From the NCBI GenBank assembly GCA_951406725.2, contig OX597837.1, forward strand, positions 11,904,001-11,968,000: a stretch of DNA of 64,000 bases, in the 5' to 3' direction. The position numbers were made by a program, and so were the translations under genes. The notes under the pieces are model-generated. The model did no database searches, was not told where the DNA came from, and worked only from the letters and a program-made list of their open reading frames with translations. This DNA comes from Octopus vulgaris (Eukaryota). Positions 12,751 to 24,968 of this stretch are shown in pieces (the stretch's first letter is position 1; every line of letters starts with the position of its first letter).

Positions 12751-14244
12751 GACAGAGAGAGAGGAGGAGAAGCAATTATATCTTTATATTCACCAGTTTC
12801 AGGAATTGGACTGCGGCACCGCAGTCAGACGAATCAGCCAGTTTTTTTTTTTTTTCTCTCGAAAAGCCTAGTACTTTATTCTATCGGTCACTTTTGCCAA
12901 ACCGCTGAAGGGATATAAACAAACCAACGTCGTTTGTCAAGCGGTAGTGTTGAGAAGAAACGGGTGGGGTGGGGAGAAAAACAAAACAGATATTCACCAA
13001 TAACTCTGCTCTTTCACCTATATATCCCTATTCCCTACATATAAGTATCCGTCACTAACCTTATATTTTTGTTACTTATCTGATCCTATCATGTTCTTCT
13101 CTGTGCCTCTGTCACCCACATGTGCCTTCAAAGTTGTGTCGTGACACTGCGTCACCACCACCACTCATGGCGTCTCGACCTGCGAGGTACTCAGCACCCT
13201 TCACAAGTGTCAATGACACGGAAAAGCAACCAGTACACTCTGTGAATTGATTAGTGTTAAACAAGATCGGCAGACCGTGGAAACTGGGCCAAAACAGTAA
13301 TTGGAGCTCGACCTATCCTCTGACCTGCCAGTTCCTGTCAAACCACCCAACCATGTACCAGCATGGAATATGGACACGAAATTATAAGGATACACCCACA
13401 TATTATATCTAAATTTTAACTTTAATTTGAATATTTTAATTTGGAATTTAAAAAAATTTTTTATATTTTATATTTTTTTTAATTAATTTTATTTCTATGT
13501 ATTGACTTATGATTTTCACTGTTTGATATGCCTAATAGTGGTTTTATCTCTAATTTAATATAATATATATATAGCTGAAACAAGTAAAAGAATAATAATT
13601 ATTCCCCCGACACTAATTTTTGTTCTAATTCATATATATATATATATTTATTGTGAAATTCGATTTAGTATTTCTAAATTGAATTTTTCCCTGTAAGTTT
13701 GGAATAATATTCCCTCATATTATTATTATTATATATATATATACACACACATAACGGGCTGTATTTGTGTTCGGGTCCGCCACCTCTACTTCACAACTGG
13801 TGTTGGTTTGTTTATGTCCCCATGGCATAATCAGTTCAGCAAAAGCAGCCAAGAGAATATACCAAAGTTCAAAAAAAAAAGGACTGATGTTGATCTGCTC
13901 AAATAAAAACCCAGCATGGCCACAGTCCAATGACTGAAACAAGTAAAAGATTAATAATTATTCCCCCCAACACTAAATTCCAGATCTTGTTTGCACCTAT
14001 GTCAGAAACGTTGCCGTAGTTACTGCTTTTGTAAATATACTCTGGAGTCCCAGTTAAACTTGTTTGCCATGCCCTTGAAAAGCATTTTTCAAATTTTCCT
14101 TCATACTTTTCCTGTCATACCAGTAAATCGCTTGGGCAGATAAGACTTTATCAATCATCGACTATTATGCTGTCTTTAGTAGCCTTTGCAACCAGTCATC
14201 AACCCAAGCACCACAATCAACAACACCATTATTATTATTATTAT

Positions 14245-14600
14245 TATTACCTCTACTTTAGCGAAGACAGAGGAACTGTTTTCAGTCATGTTTGTTTGCC
14301 TGTGGACAAGATATCTCAAGAACTGCTGGATGGATTCCGATGAAATTTCCAGGGAGGTTTGGCCTCGTGACTAGCACAAACTGATTAGATTTTGGGATCG
14401 ATCCGGTATCGGACAAGGATTCTGGATTATTTTTCTTGTTTTTTTTACTTAATCTCTGAGAGCGATTGGGTTCATTTTTAGTATTCTCATTTGTGAGAGC
14501 AATCAGTTTCTCTCAGATATTCTCATTTGAGAGGACGTTGGTGTTGCTTTGGCACGTTGGTGTTGCTTTGGCAGAGGTTTGCACCATTTGAGTGCTCTTA
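14245..14600 (+). mobile_element. Helentron-associated (HINE/DINE-like) non-autonomous element
   Basis: Subterminal inverted repeat acctctac / gcagaggt, a (GTTT) microsatellite near the 5' end, and a 3' stem-loop gcac...gtgc. Confidence 0.5.
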
Positions 14601-14639
14601 TTATTATAATTAAATTAAGGTGGTGAGCTGACCGACTCG

Positions 14640-14813
14640 GTTTTTTTTTACGATTTTATTTACTGCTGTGTCGCCATTTTTCCGTGTATTTCAACCAGAA
14701 AAATGTTCACTTAAAGAGAATAACAAGCTACATAATGCAAAATTTTTACTTTTCAAAAATTCCAATTCTAAAGGGTCAAAACAAACCCGAGCAATGTCGG
14801 GCGATACTGCTAG
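14640..14813 (+). mobile_element. Helitron 3' end of a related family
   Basis: acaaacccgagcaatgtcgggcgatactgCTAG|T matches the 3' end at 48018. Confidence 0.65.
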
Positions 14814-15539
14814 TCCTAATGTAAAATGATTGTCGTTGATGGTTTTTATTTTCATTTTTCTTTTACTAATTATTCTTTTATTTCCATAGGCATATAAAAT
14901 AAAATGAATTGAATAACAGAAATACAAGACAATGGAAGAAGAAGACAAAAGAAATAAACAGAGAAAGAGGCTGTGATAGACATAGATATATATATATAGA
15001 GAGAGAGATTTGTGTGAGTGTATAATCTAAACTGAAAATAAGTCATTCTATTAAGCAAGCATTGATCATAATACATATTTGTGTACTTTTTAAACTGTGT
15101 ACCCAAAGTGTGTACTTTTTAAACTGTGTACACAAACAAAGAGGTCATAACAAGAATGAACAAGCTAGAAAATAATGATAACATCTAACATACACATAAA
15201 GACAGAAATTACTGGGAGGTGGGAAGGGGTAAGTCAATACATCAACCCAAATACTTGCTGTTAAACTCTTTGCTGCCCCAGGGAGACCAGGTCATCAATG
15301 GCTTTTCTCCACTATTCTGGGCCCTGGGCTATCAGGGCCACTTCCTCAATACAGGGAGTACCCTCTTGTGTGTCTAGAGATGTTTTATTTGGAGGAAGGC
15401 CTCCCTCTCACAAGTTTTGTTGGTTTTAAATTGTCATCAATGCTTCAGTAACTTGACCTCTGTTTTTTTTTTAGGTGGAAGTGTTTGGCATTTGTGCCAG
15501 AAGATCCAATACAAACATCTCAGAGTGTTTGGATGTCAA

Positions 15540-16050
15540 TCTGAGGACATGTACTGAGACCAATAAAAATCAAACATCCAGTCAACATCATGGTGTTTAG
15601 AGTGATCACTAGTGATGGCGACGTTAGGCCTCCATTAATGTTCCCATACTGCCTCAGACCCAACACGGAGGCCTACATCAAGTGCCTGGAGGAGGTAGTG
15701 CTGCCCTGGGTGAAGAGGACGGCTGCTAGAAGACCCTATGTCTGACAACAGGACTCTGCACCATGCCACCCAGTCATGGCTGTCAGACAATTTCTGCCAC
15801 CACATCACCCCTAACATCTGGCCACCTGACTCTCCCCATACATAATAACCCCGTTGGTTATTATGTGAGGGGGCGCAGATGAGCAAAGTGAGAAACCAGC
15901 AAAACTCCTTGTAACACCAAAGATGAACTGAAGGCAAGGATTATGGCAGAATTCACCAACTTAAACTAGGAGATGGTCCAGAAGAGTTGCAGGAGATTCC
16001 AAAGTCGTCTGGAGGCTGTGGTTGAAACCAATGGCGATTTTATTGAATAA
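15540..16050 (+). mobile_element. Tc1/mariner-superfamily transposase pseudogene fragment
   Basis: Manual translation KHPVNIMVF...YIKCLEEVVLPW...YV*QQDSAPCH...WPPDSP.. fits the QQDxAPxH and WPPxSPDLNP catalytic motifs, with stops and frameshifts. Confidence 0.8.
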
Positions 16051-17511
16051 ATTTTCCTCTTTAGTATTTCAAGATATTTTTATGTCAGTGTTATTTTCAT
16101 TTTTGTGTAATTTAGACAATTCATTAACCACACCCCCGTGTGTGTGTGTGTGTGTGTGTTTCTCCCCCATCATCACTTGACAAAATGTTGGTTTGTTTAT
16201 GTCCCCCATAACTTAGCAGTTCAGCAAAAGAGAATGATAAAGTACCAGGTTTAAAAACCAAAAAAAAAAAGAAGTACTGGGAACACCAGATAAGGGTGTC
16301 TGGGGTTGAAAGAGCTGAAGCATAAACTGACCCACCCACTAGGAAAGTACCTGGGTGCATCACAGGATGATGTAAGGAAAAACATGAACCTTGACTAGAA
16401 CCATCTTTTGGATGATTTGGCTAACAATTCCGAGTGTTTCAACATTCCGGAACAAACAAATTCATCAGCATCTTTATTGACTCTTTAGCATTTAAACCAG
16501 CCATATCTGGCCAAAATGTTCAATCCATTTTGATTCCAGCTGGCCAGATCTGGCCTCTCACACCAATCCTACAATATCATTCTAAAAATATTAACAGTTA
16601 CCTGACTGGCTCCCATGCTGGTGGCACATAAAAAGCATCATCCAAGCATGACCGGTGCCAGTACCGCCTGATTGGCCCTCATGCCTGTGGCACGTAAAAA
16701 GCACCCATTAGGAATGGCATCCAGCTGTAGAAACACCGTCAGATCAGATTGGAGCTTGGTGAAGCCTTCTTGCTCGCCAGTCCTCAGTCAAACTGTCCAA
16801 CCCATGCCAGCATGGAAAGCAGATATTAAACGACAATGATGATCTCATCAAAACCTCAAAAGCTACAAGATAATGCAGGATTAATTCAAAATGTGAATAA
16901 AAAATCAATCCATTTCACAGAATAATCCAAATGTTAAAGAGTTAATTCGTTAATCCTTCTGTATTCAGATTACTGTACCAAATCCAATGCTTATTTGGTC
17001 ACACTTATTTTTTAATTAATCATTAACCATTTCACAGCTTCATGATTTCAAAAATGTCGTTGATTTTAGAATGAAATTATCGGGTAGGTGTGAGGGCCAA
17101 ATCTAGCCAGTCTCAACATAAAACTGGTAGAATATTTGAGTCAAATATGTTTGGTCTGAATGCTAAAGGGTTAAAAATATAGTGGATCCATTTATCTTTT
17201 AATTGCTTCAGTCATTAGATTGCAGCCATGCTGGAGCACCACCTTGAAGAATGTTAGTTGAGTGAATTGACCGCTGTGGTTCGACCCTTATTTTTTTTTT
17301 TTTTGGTTTTATCTTTTCCCCCCTCGTATCACTCATAATATTACCACCAGTACAAGCCCTGCACCTACCACTACTCCCACTTTTTTTTTGCCTTCCCAGA
17401 ACATCAGCTCCCTTTAGGATTATTTCCCTGCAGCTGTTGACTTAACAATTTGGGTGAAACATAACCAGCATCAGTCTTACCAGTCCCAAAGGGCCTATGA
17501 AGGGGAATCCC

Positions 17512-17924
17512 AGATCTTTTCGGTTTGAACGGCAGTTTTTTCTAGCAGTGTCATATGAAATTGTCATCCATAATTATGACCCTAGAATCGATCTATTGCA
17601 TTTCAATCTGTTTTAGGGTTAGAGTTAGGGTTAGGGGTGGGGGGAAGGATATCTTTCTTTCTTCAGAAATGTAAATAAACCCAATCTGGTTCTTAAACGA
17701 GGGACATATTCATACGGCACAATATTTTTTACCTCAATAGATGTCAGTGATTGGTTGAAATTGCAGAAAAAGAACAACAAATATCTTACAAACCATAGAA
17801 TTTTCTCAATAAAGCCAAGAGAAAAAGATGTTTTATAAACACATTCTACCAGTATACGAAGTTTAACATTTTTTTAGTTACCTAGAAATTATGTTAAAAA
17901 CTGCCGTTCAAACCGAAAAGATCC
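17512..17924. mobile_element. MITE with ~27-bp TIRs (Merlin-like: GG termini, 8-bp TSD)
   Basis: gatcttttcggtttgaacggcagttttt ... aaaaactgccgttcaaaccgaaaagatcc; degenerate flanks ggaatccc/aggatccc; second copy at 29881. Confidence 0.8.
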
Positions 17925-18445
17925 AGGATCCCTTCCTCCACATCAAATCAATTCAGAATAAATAAAACTTTAAAAACTTCAAATGCAAAAAATGAGAAAT
18001 ATTCTTACCTGTACAACAACAAATCTCACAAAGTTACCTTGTAAGCCTACCTTGTACATGTCTGAACAATAGTCATCAAAATTACGAGGGATAACACCTC
18101 ACCTGTCTAAAATCTTACCTGAAGGGCAACAGCCCTTAACAATTAACTTTATAATTCTTTTATTCTTTTACTTGTTTCAGTCATTTGCCTATGGCCAAGC
18201 TGAGGCATTACCTTGAAAAGTTTTAGTTGCACAAATTGACCCCAGGACTTATTGTTTTAAGCCAAGTACTCATACTATCTCGTCTGGCGAACCAGAGTTG
18301 CAGGAACATAAACACACCAACACCGGTTGTCAGGTGGTGGTGGGCAAACACATACACACACACACACACAGTGAAGCTTTACTATAGCATCATAAATTTA
18401 TCGACTGCTATTTCCAGTAAACATTGGTGCCTTGTTGTACCACAA

Positions 18446-18482
<37 letters not shown>

Positions 18483-18599
18483 CACACACACGCAAATACA
18501 CATGGGGTTTCTTTCAGTTTTCATCTACCCAATCCACTCACAATGATTTGGTTGGGCCAAGAAGTCACTTGCCCAATGTGTGGCATAGTGGAACTTAGT

Positions 18600-18875
18600 T
18601 AATTTTTTGGCTCAAAAAGCAAAAAGCAAGGTCATGTAGGGGGGACATGGAGTTATGTACAGGGTGGTGTTCATGTAAAGAGTTCAGGCCACTTTGAACC
18701 GAGCGGTCGTCGGCATCTTCACCATCTCGTCCGGCAGCTTATTCCACTGATCCGCAACCCAGACGGAGAAAGCCCCTCTCCTTCGATTGAGATGAAATCG
18801 TCGCAGAAAGAGCTTTGCGGAGTGACCCCGCAGCCGACGCTCTGGAGCATGAGTGAAGAACAGCTCTTTCGAGAG
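18600..18875 (-). mobile_element. CR1-group LINE 3' end (second family)
   Basis: LRGHSAKLFLRRFHLNRRRGAFSVWVADQWNKLPDEMV...FK*; inserted in a SINE head. Confidence 0.75.
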
Positions 18876-19989
18876 CTGAACTAGGAACCATGAGATTGGG
18901 AAACAAGCTTCTTACCATACAGCCATGCATTCACCTGTATAAATTTCTACATTTTCTTAGCTCTTAACGGCTATTTAATTATATTTCTCCCAATATATGC
19001 TAATTTTAAAGCTATACTTGGAGAACACCATAAATATGAAGTATAAAACGAGGCAGCGAGCTGGCAGAAACGTTAACACCGCGGGTGAAATGCTTAGCAG
19101 TATTTCGTCTGCCACTATGTTCTGAGTTCAAATTCCGCCGAAGTCAACTTTGCCTTTCATCCTTTCGGGGTCGATAAATTAATTACCAGTTAAGCACTGG
19201 GGTCGATGTAATCGACTTAATCTGTTTGTCTGTCCTTGTTTATCCCCTCTGTGTGTAGCCCCTTGTGGGTAGTAAAGAAATAAGAAATACATATGAAGTA
19301 TAAAACAGAAACCCCAGAGTCTTTATAATATTTATCATCATCATTTAACAGGTTTTCCATGCTGGCATGGGTTGGACTGCTGACATGCTTTATATATATA
19401 TATGTCTATATATATGTCTATATATATGTCTATATATAAAAATTCAGGGTGAATACTTGATAACTGTAAGCACCTGTATATGCCAGCTAGTGGTATAGGT
19501 GTAGGTGATATATTTGTCAAAAGAAATATATTAATTATATATATATTAATCTTTGTCACCATATTTCTGTTGAATTAGAATTCCTTTGTTTCTGTTAATT
19601 TTGAAAATTGATGAATTTAGTAAAATAATTTTTTCATCATTAATCTGGTGTTTCGAATATTAATTAACAAGAAATTTTGATGGCAAGTTTTAATTTAAAT
19701 CACTTTAAAACAGGAAGTTAATATCACAAAAACCAAGGTGAACTTAGGCAGATTGGTATCAATAAGGTTGAAATTTCAATTTGTTCAAAAAATGGGTCAT
19801 TGTCTTTTAATGGGGTCAACAAGCAAAGACTGGCAAACAGGAAGGGCATTAAGCCACAGACTCCCTCTTTCTCACCATGTTCTGTGCCTACAAGCATCAA
19901 TTATCACAGACCTCCAGTTAAGTGGAAGGACTGATTTATGTGACATCAGCGCATGTCTACACACCTGTGGGTCTCTGTGACATGTTTAA

Positions 19990-20898
19990 CCCTTTCGTTA
20001 CTGTATTTAAAATAATAATAATAATAATGAAATTATTGTACACAGTGCTCAGGTGCACCACAACTTGTCAGAAAGTGCGTATAGAGTATATGCAGTAATG
20101 TACAAATGTCTGGAAAGCGAATAATGTACGAGTCAGATAGATGCTTGTGTGTGTATGGAGGGGGAGAAAATCAGGTGTAGTGTTGGCGAATCTCAGAAAG
20201 CATGGAAGTTTTGAAGGATGCAGTGCTCCGACAATTAACAACTGATGCCGGCAGTTTGTTCCATGCTTCAGCAACTCTTAGCGTGAAAAAATGTTTCCGA
20301 AAGTCATGGGAGCTGTGCTGTTTTCTGACTTTGTAAATATGTCCATGGGTGTTAGACGGATGCTCTGTGTTTGTTTCAATTACATTAAATATGACAAAGA
20401 ATTTAGTAAAATAACTTAGTTATTATTAAGCTAGTGTTAGGAACATAAATTGTGACAAAGGTTTGGTGGAAGATTTTAATACAAAACCTATGAAAACAAG
20501 ACATTTGTACTACAGAGCCAGAGGCAGTTTCAGCCGGGTTGGTAACAAAAGGGTTAAGAATTGTTTCTCTATTATATATTTTAACCCTTTTGTTACCATA
20601 TTTCTGTTGAGATGCTCTGTGTTTCTTTCAATTAATTTTAAATACAACAAAGAATTTAGTAAAATAACTTAGTTATCATTAAGCTAGTGTTAGGAACATA
20701 AATTGTGACTAAGTTTTGGTGGAAGATTTTAATTCAGAACTTATGAAAACAAGACATTTGTACTACAGAGCCAGAGATGGTTTCAGCTGGGTTGGTAACA
20801 AAAGGGTTAAGAATCGTTTCTCTATTATATATTTTAACCCTTTTGTCACCATATTTCTGTTGAGATGCTCTCTGTTTCTTTGAATTAATTTTAAATAC
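19990..20898. mobile_element. Three tandem copies of the same piggyBac-type MITE (19990-20553 with a CR1 insert; 20585-20806; 20838-~20898 truncated)
   Basis: Same TTAA/CCC termini and body as 8660-9132. Confidence 0.85.
20011..20359 (-). mobile_element. CR1/L2-group LINE 3' end
   Basis: THGHIYKVRKQHSSHDFRKHFFTLRVAEAWNKLPASVV...SFK* followed by a short UTR and a (TTA)n tail; inserted inside a piggyBac-type MITE. Confidence 0.8.
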
Positions 20899-21359
20899 TT
20901 AGCGGTATTTCGTCTGCCGCTACACTCTGAGTTCAAATTCCGCCGAGGTTGACTTTGCCTTTCATCCTTTCGGGGTCAATTAAATAAGTACCAGTTACGC
21001 ACTTAATCCGTTTGTCCACTCTGTGTGTAGCCCCTTGTAGGCAGTAAAGAAATAACAGACCCACTGACAAGGTTTTAGTCAACCCAAGGGCTATAGCAGG
21101 AACCAATTTGCTCAAGGTACCATGCAGTGGAACTGAACCCAAACCTCCAAAGTTTGGAAGCAAGCATATTTCAGTTTCTATTCACTAAATCTATTCACAA
21201 GGCTTTGGTCAAGCTGGGGATTTAGTCAAAGCAAGACACTTGCACAAAATGCTGCCAAGTGGTGGAACTGAACCCGAACCCAAGTGATTGGGAAGTGAAC
21301 ACTTTAACCACACAGCCATGCCTACACCCGAAGAGAGAAAAACAGATATAACTACCAAC

Positions 21360-21442
21360 CTTGACATCTGGGGGTAACGTTTGAACATTGGAAGGCTGGA
21401 CCAGTTTTTTGAAGCCGTCATAAAAAAGAACCTCGTAACCAA
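21360..21442 (-). CDS. PHF20L1: PHF20-like coding exon D (VGYEVLFYDGFKKLVQPSNVQTLPPDVK; end of Tudor 2)
   Basis: Long poly-T acceptor ttttcag|TT, donor AAG|gttggt; 83 nt, phase 1 to 0. Confidence 0.9.
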
Positions 21443-23309
21443 CTGAAAAAGAAAAAAAAAACATTATATAAAGAAATCAGGTTTTAAAAAGTATACATTG
21501 AAATATACGGTATACATTTTCAAATATATCGCGGGCATGGTTGTGTGGTTAGGGAGCTTGCTTCCTAGCTACATGGTTTCAGGTTCAGTCCCACTGTGTG
21601 TGTCTTCTGCTATAGCCCTGAGTCGACCGAAGCTTTGTGATTGAATTCGGTAGGCGGAACTTACTGCCGTGTGTCTATGTGTATGTGTGTGGGTGCTCGG
21701 TACCTCTCCGAAAGAGAGAGAGAGGGAATTATTAAATTATGGGCCTGTACCACCACCAACAGCTGACAAAAATTCTCCAGGCTCAGACCCATGGTCTTTT
21801 GAGACTGACAGATGCCTACCTATATCATTACAGCATAACTTGTAACCAACTAAAAAGTTATATACAGGTACAACTCTAACTTTCCAGGTGCTAATGGTCT
21901 GGAACTTCTCTACAATCAGAACTAATTAGTAGCAGGAACTCTGAATTCCCATGGTTACCTGACTAGTTTCCTAGCACTTTGCACAGTAAAGGGTAAAAAA
22001 CCCCTTCAGTCATGAATGAGCATGGGATTGCACCTGTAATAATGTAGATCAGGTCTAATTAAGAGTTGTTGTTTTCCTAGATAAGGCAGAGGGTCACATT
22101 TGGATAGTTTGACTGAGGGCTGGTGAGCCAGAAGGCTGCACCAGGCTCCAATTCGATCTGGCAAAGTTTCTACAGCTGGATGCCCTTCCCACTGCCAAAT
22201 ACTCCGAAAGTGTAGTGGGTGCTTTTTACATGCCACTGGCACGAGGGCCAGTCAGGCAGTACTGGCATTGACCAGCTTGGATGGTGCTTTTTACATGCCA
22301 CTGGCAAGAGGGCCAGTCAGGCAGTACTGGCATTGACCACGCTTGGATGGTGCTTTTTACATGCCACTGGCAAGAGGGCCAGTCAGGCAGTACTGGCATT
22401 GACCACGCTTGGATGGTGCTTTTTACATGCCACCGTCACAGTAGCTAGTTAGGCGGCACTGGCATGGGACCAGTCAGGCAGCACTGGTATTGACCACACC
22501 CAAATGGTGCTTTATATGTGCCACCAGCACAGGTGCCAATCTGGTGATACTGTCATTGGCCCAGATTCAAATTTTGGCACAAGGCCAGCAATTTCGGAGG
22601 AATGGTGTAAGTTGACTACATTGACACAGTGATCAGCTGGCAGAAACGTTAGCACGCCGGGCGAAATGCGTAGCCGTATTTCGTCTACCATTACGTTCTG
22701 AGTTCAAATTCCACCGAGGTCGACTTTACCTTTCATCCTTTCAGTGTTGATAAATTAAGTACCAGTTACGCACTGGGGTCGATGTAATCGACTTAATCTG
22801 TTTGTCTGTCCTTGTTTGTCTCCTCTATGTTTAGCCCCTTGTGGGTAATAAAGAAATAGGTACTTATTTTATCAACACCGAAATGACAAAAAGGCAAAGT
22901 TGACCTTGGCAGAATTTGAACTCAGAATGTAAAGATGGACGAAATACCACTAAGCCTTTGGCCTGGCATGGGTCAAGATTCAACCAGTTTGTCCCCTTTG
23001 ACCCATACTAAATACTTTTAATGTTTAGTATTTATTCTTAACACAAGTGAGGTATGGTCTCTTGACCCACATACAAGGGTAAGTAACTCTGAATGAGAAC
23101 TGAACTGGACTCTGATGGTTCCCTTCCAACCTACAATGGACGTGGAAAGAAGATGTGAAAACAATGATCATGTTGACTATGTTTATACATTTTTCAATTT
23201 AAGTTCAAATTTCACTTTCAGATTTGTCCCCCATAGACCTAAATAGGTTTATTTTTTTATATACTAGCCACTGATAGGATTTATTAAAAAATTTATCCTT
23301 AATTATATT

Positions 23310-23342
<33 letters not shown>

Positions 23343-23669
23343 TTATATATATATATATATATATATACATACATATTTCTTAATTACCCACAAGGGGCTA
23401 AACACAGAGGGGATAAACAAGGACAGACATAGGTATTAAGTCGATTATATCGACCACCAGTGCGTAACTGGTACTTAATTTATTGACCCCGAAAGGATGA
23501 AAGGCAAAGTCGACCTTGTGCGGAATTTGAACTCACAATGTAATAGCAGACGAAATACCGCTAAGCATTTCGCCGCCTTTCATATATATATATATATATA
23601 TATACATACACACTCCTATGCCAGCATGGAAGGCAGACGTTAAATGATGATAAAACAAAAACAGCTTAC

Positions 23670-23754
23670 CAGGTAACTTGACTGCCAAAACTTTGGCTGG
23701 GTACATTTTACAATCTGACCACTTGGCCAATACATGTTCACCAACTTTATAGGA
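23670..23754 (-). CDS. PHF20L1: PHF20-like coding exon C (SYKVGEHVLAKWSDCKMYPAKVLAVKLP; Tudor 2)
   Basis: Acceptor ttttcag|TCC, donor CTG|gtaagc; 85 nt, phase 0 to 1. Confidence 0.93.
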
Positions 23755-24420
23755 CTGAAAAAGTTTAGAACAAATAAATAAATTAGAAAAGTGGTTTCTT
23801 TCTTGATAATTAATACGAGTAATTAAAGAAAAAAAAAAAGGATGCATATAAATAATAATGGTTTCACGTTTTGGTACAAGACCAGCAATTTTATCGAGAA
23901 AGAGTAAAATGATTATAGTGACCACAGTGCCTGAGTCAACCTTGGTAGGATTTGAACTCAGATTGTAAAAGCCAGAAAAAAATCCTGTCAAGCGTTTTGC
24001 CCGACGTGCCAACGATTCTTTCCAGTTTTGGCATGATGCCAGTGGTTTGCCAGGGAGAAGGTGTAAGGTGATTATATTGACCCCCAGCAGTCAACTGGTA
24101 TGTATTTTATGAACCCCCAAAAGGATAAAAGGCAAAGTCAGCCTCAGCGGAATATAGGCACAAGGCCTGAAATTTTGGGGAAGCGGAGTGGGGTCAGTCA
24201 ATTAGATCAACCACAATATTCGACTGGTACAAAATTAGGGTTGGGATAAATCAATTGGCACCTTAATAGGGGTCATGATAAAAAAGTAACAGGTCCTTTT
24301 TACCACATAGTGATGAAAAGTGAGAGGAGGGGAGAGGGGGAGATGGGGGAAGAGGGGGAGGGGAAAGAGAAGGGAGGGTAGTGGGAAAAGATGAGAGAAA
24401 GAAGGAAGGGGAGAGCTTAC

Positions 24421-24583
24421 GGTCATCTGCCTCCGTTTTTCTTTCCGCTCCGACCGTCTGCTTGCCGGTCGCAAGCGTTCGCACTTCATGTCTACCCATT
24501 CGTCATAACGGTGATTCCAACCTTCAAAGTGGATCAAGACGGAGAATTTCTCTTCTTGGATGTTCACAATTTTGGCAGGGTAC
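24421..24583 (-). CDS. PHF20L1: PHF20-like coding exon B (YPAKIVNIQEEKFSVLIHFEGWNHRYDEW...RRQMT; Tudor 1 core)
   Basis: Acceptor ctcacag|G, donor ACC|gtaagc; 163 nt, phase 2 to 0; Tudor aromatic-cage motif HFxGWxxRYDEW. Confidence 0.93.
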
Positions 24584-24968
24584 CTGTGAGATGGGGACAA
24601 AAACAGACAATAACAATTAAGGAAGAGAGAAAAAAAAATTAACAGTACAAAAGGCACAGGTAAGTAGCTTGCTTCCCAACCACAAGGGTCACAGTTCAGT
24701 CCCACAGCATGGCACCTTGGGCAAGTGTCTGCTGCTATAGCCTCAGGCCGACCAAAGCCTTGTGAGTGGATTTGGTAGACGGAAACTGAAAGAAACCCGT
24801 CGTGCGTTTGCATGTATGTGTGTTTGTGTGCGAGTGAGTGTGTGTATGTATGTATATGTACATGTTTGTGTGTGCCCCCAGTTTACATCTCCATAACTTA
24901 GTGGTTTGATAAAAGAGACCGATAGAATAAGTACTAGGCTTACGAAGAATAAGTTCTTGGGTTGATTT

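Noticed and set aside
17950-18085. C/D-box snoRNA (TGATGA...CTGA on the minus strand)
   Set aside because: The terminal stem is weak and AT-only, the C box is imperfect, and no rRNA/snRNA guide is recognisable.
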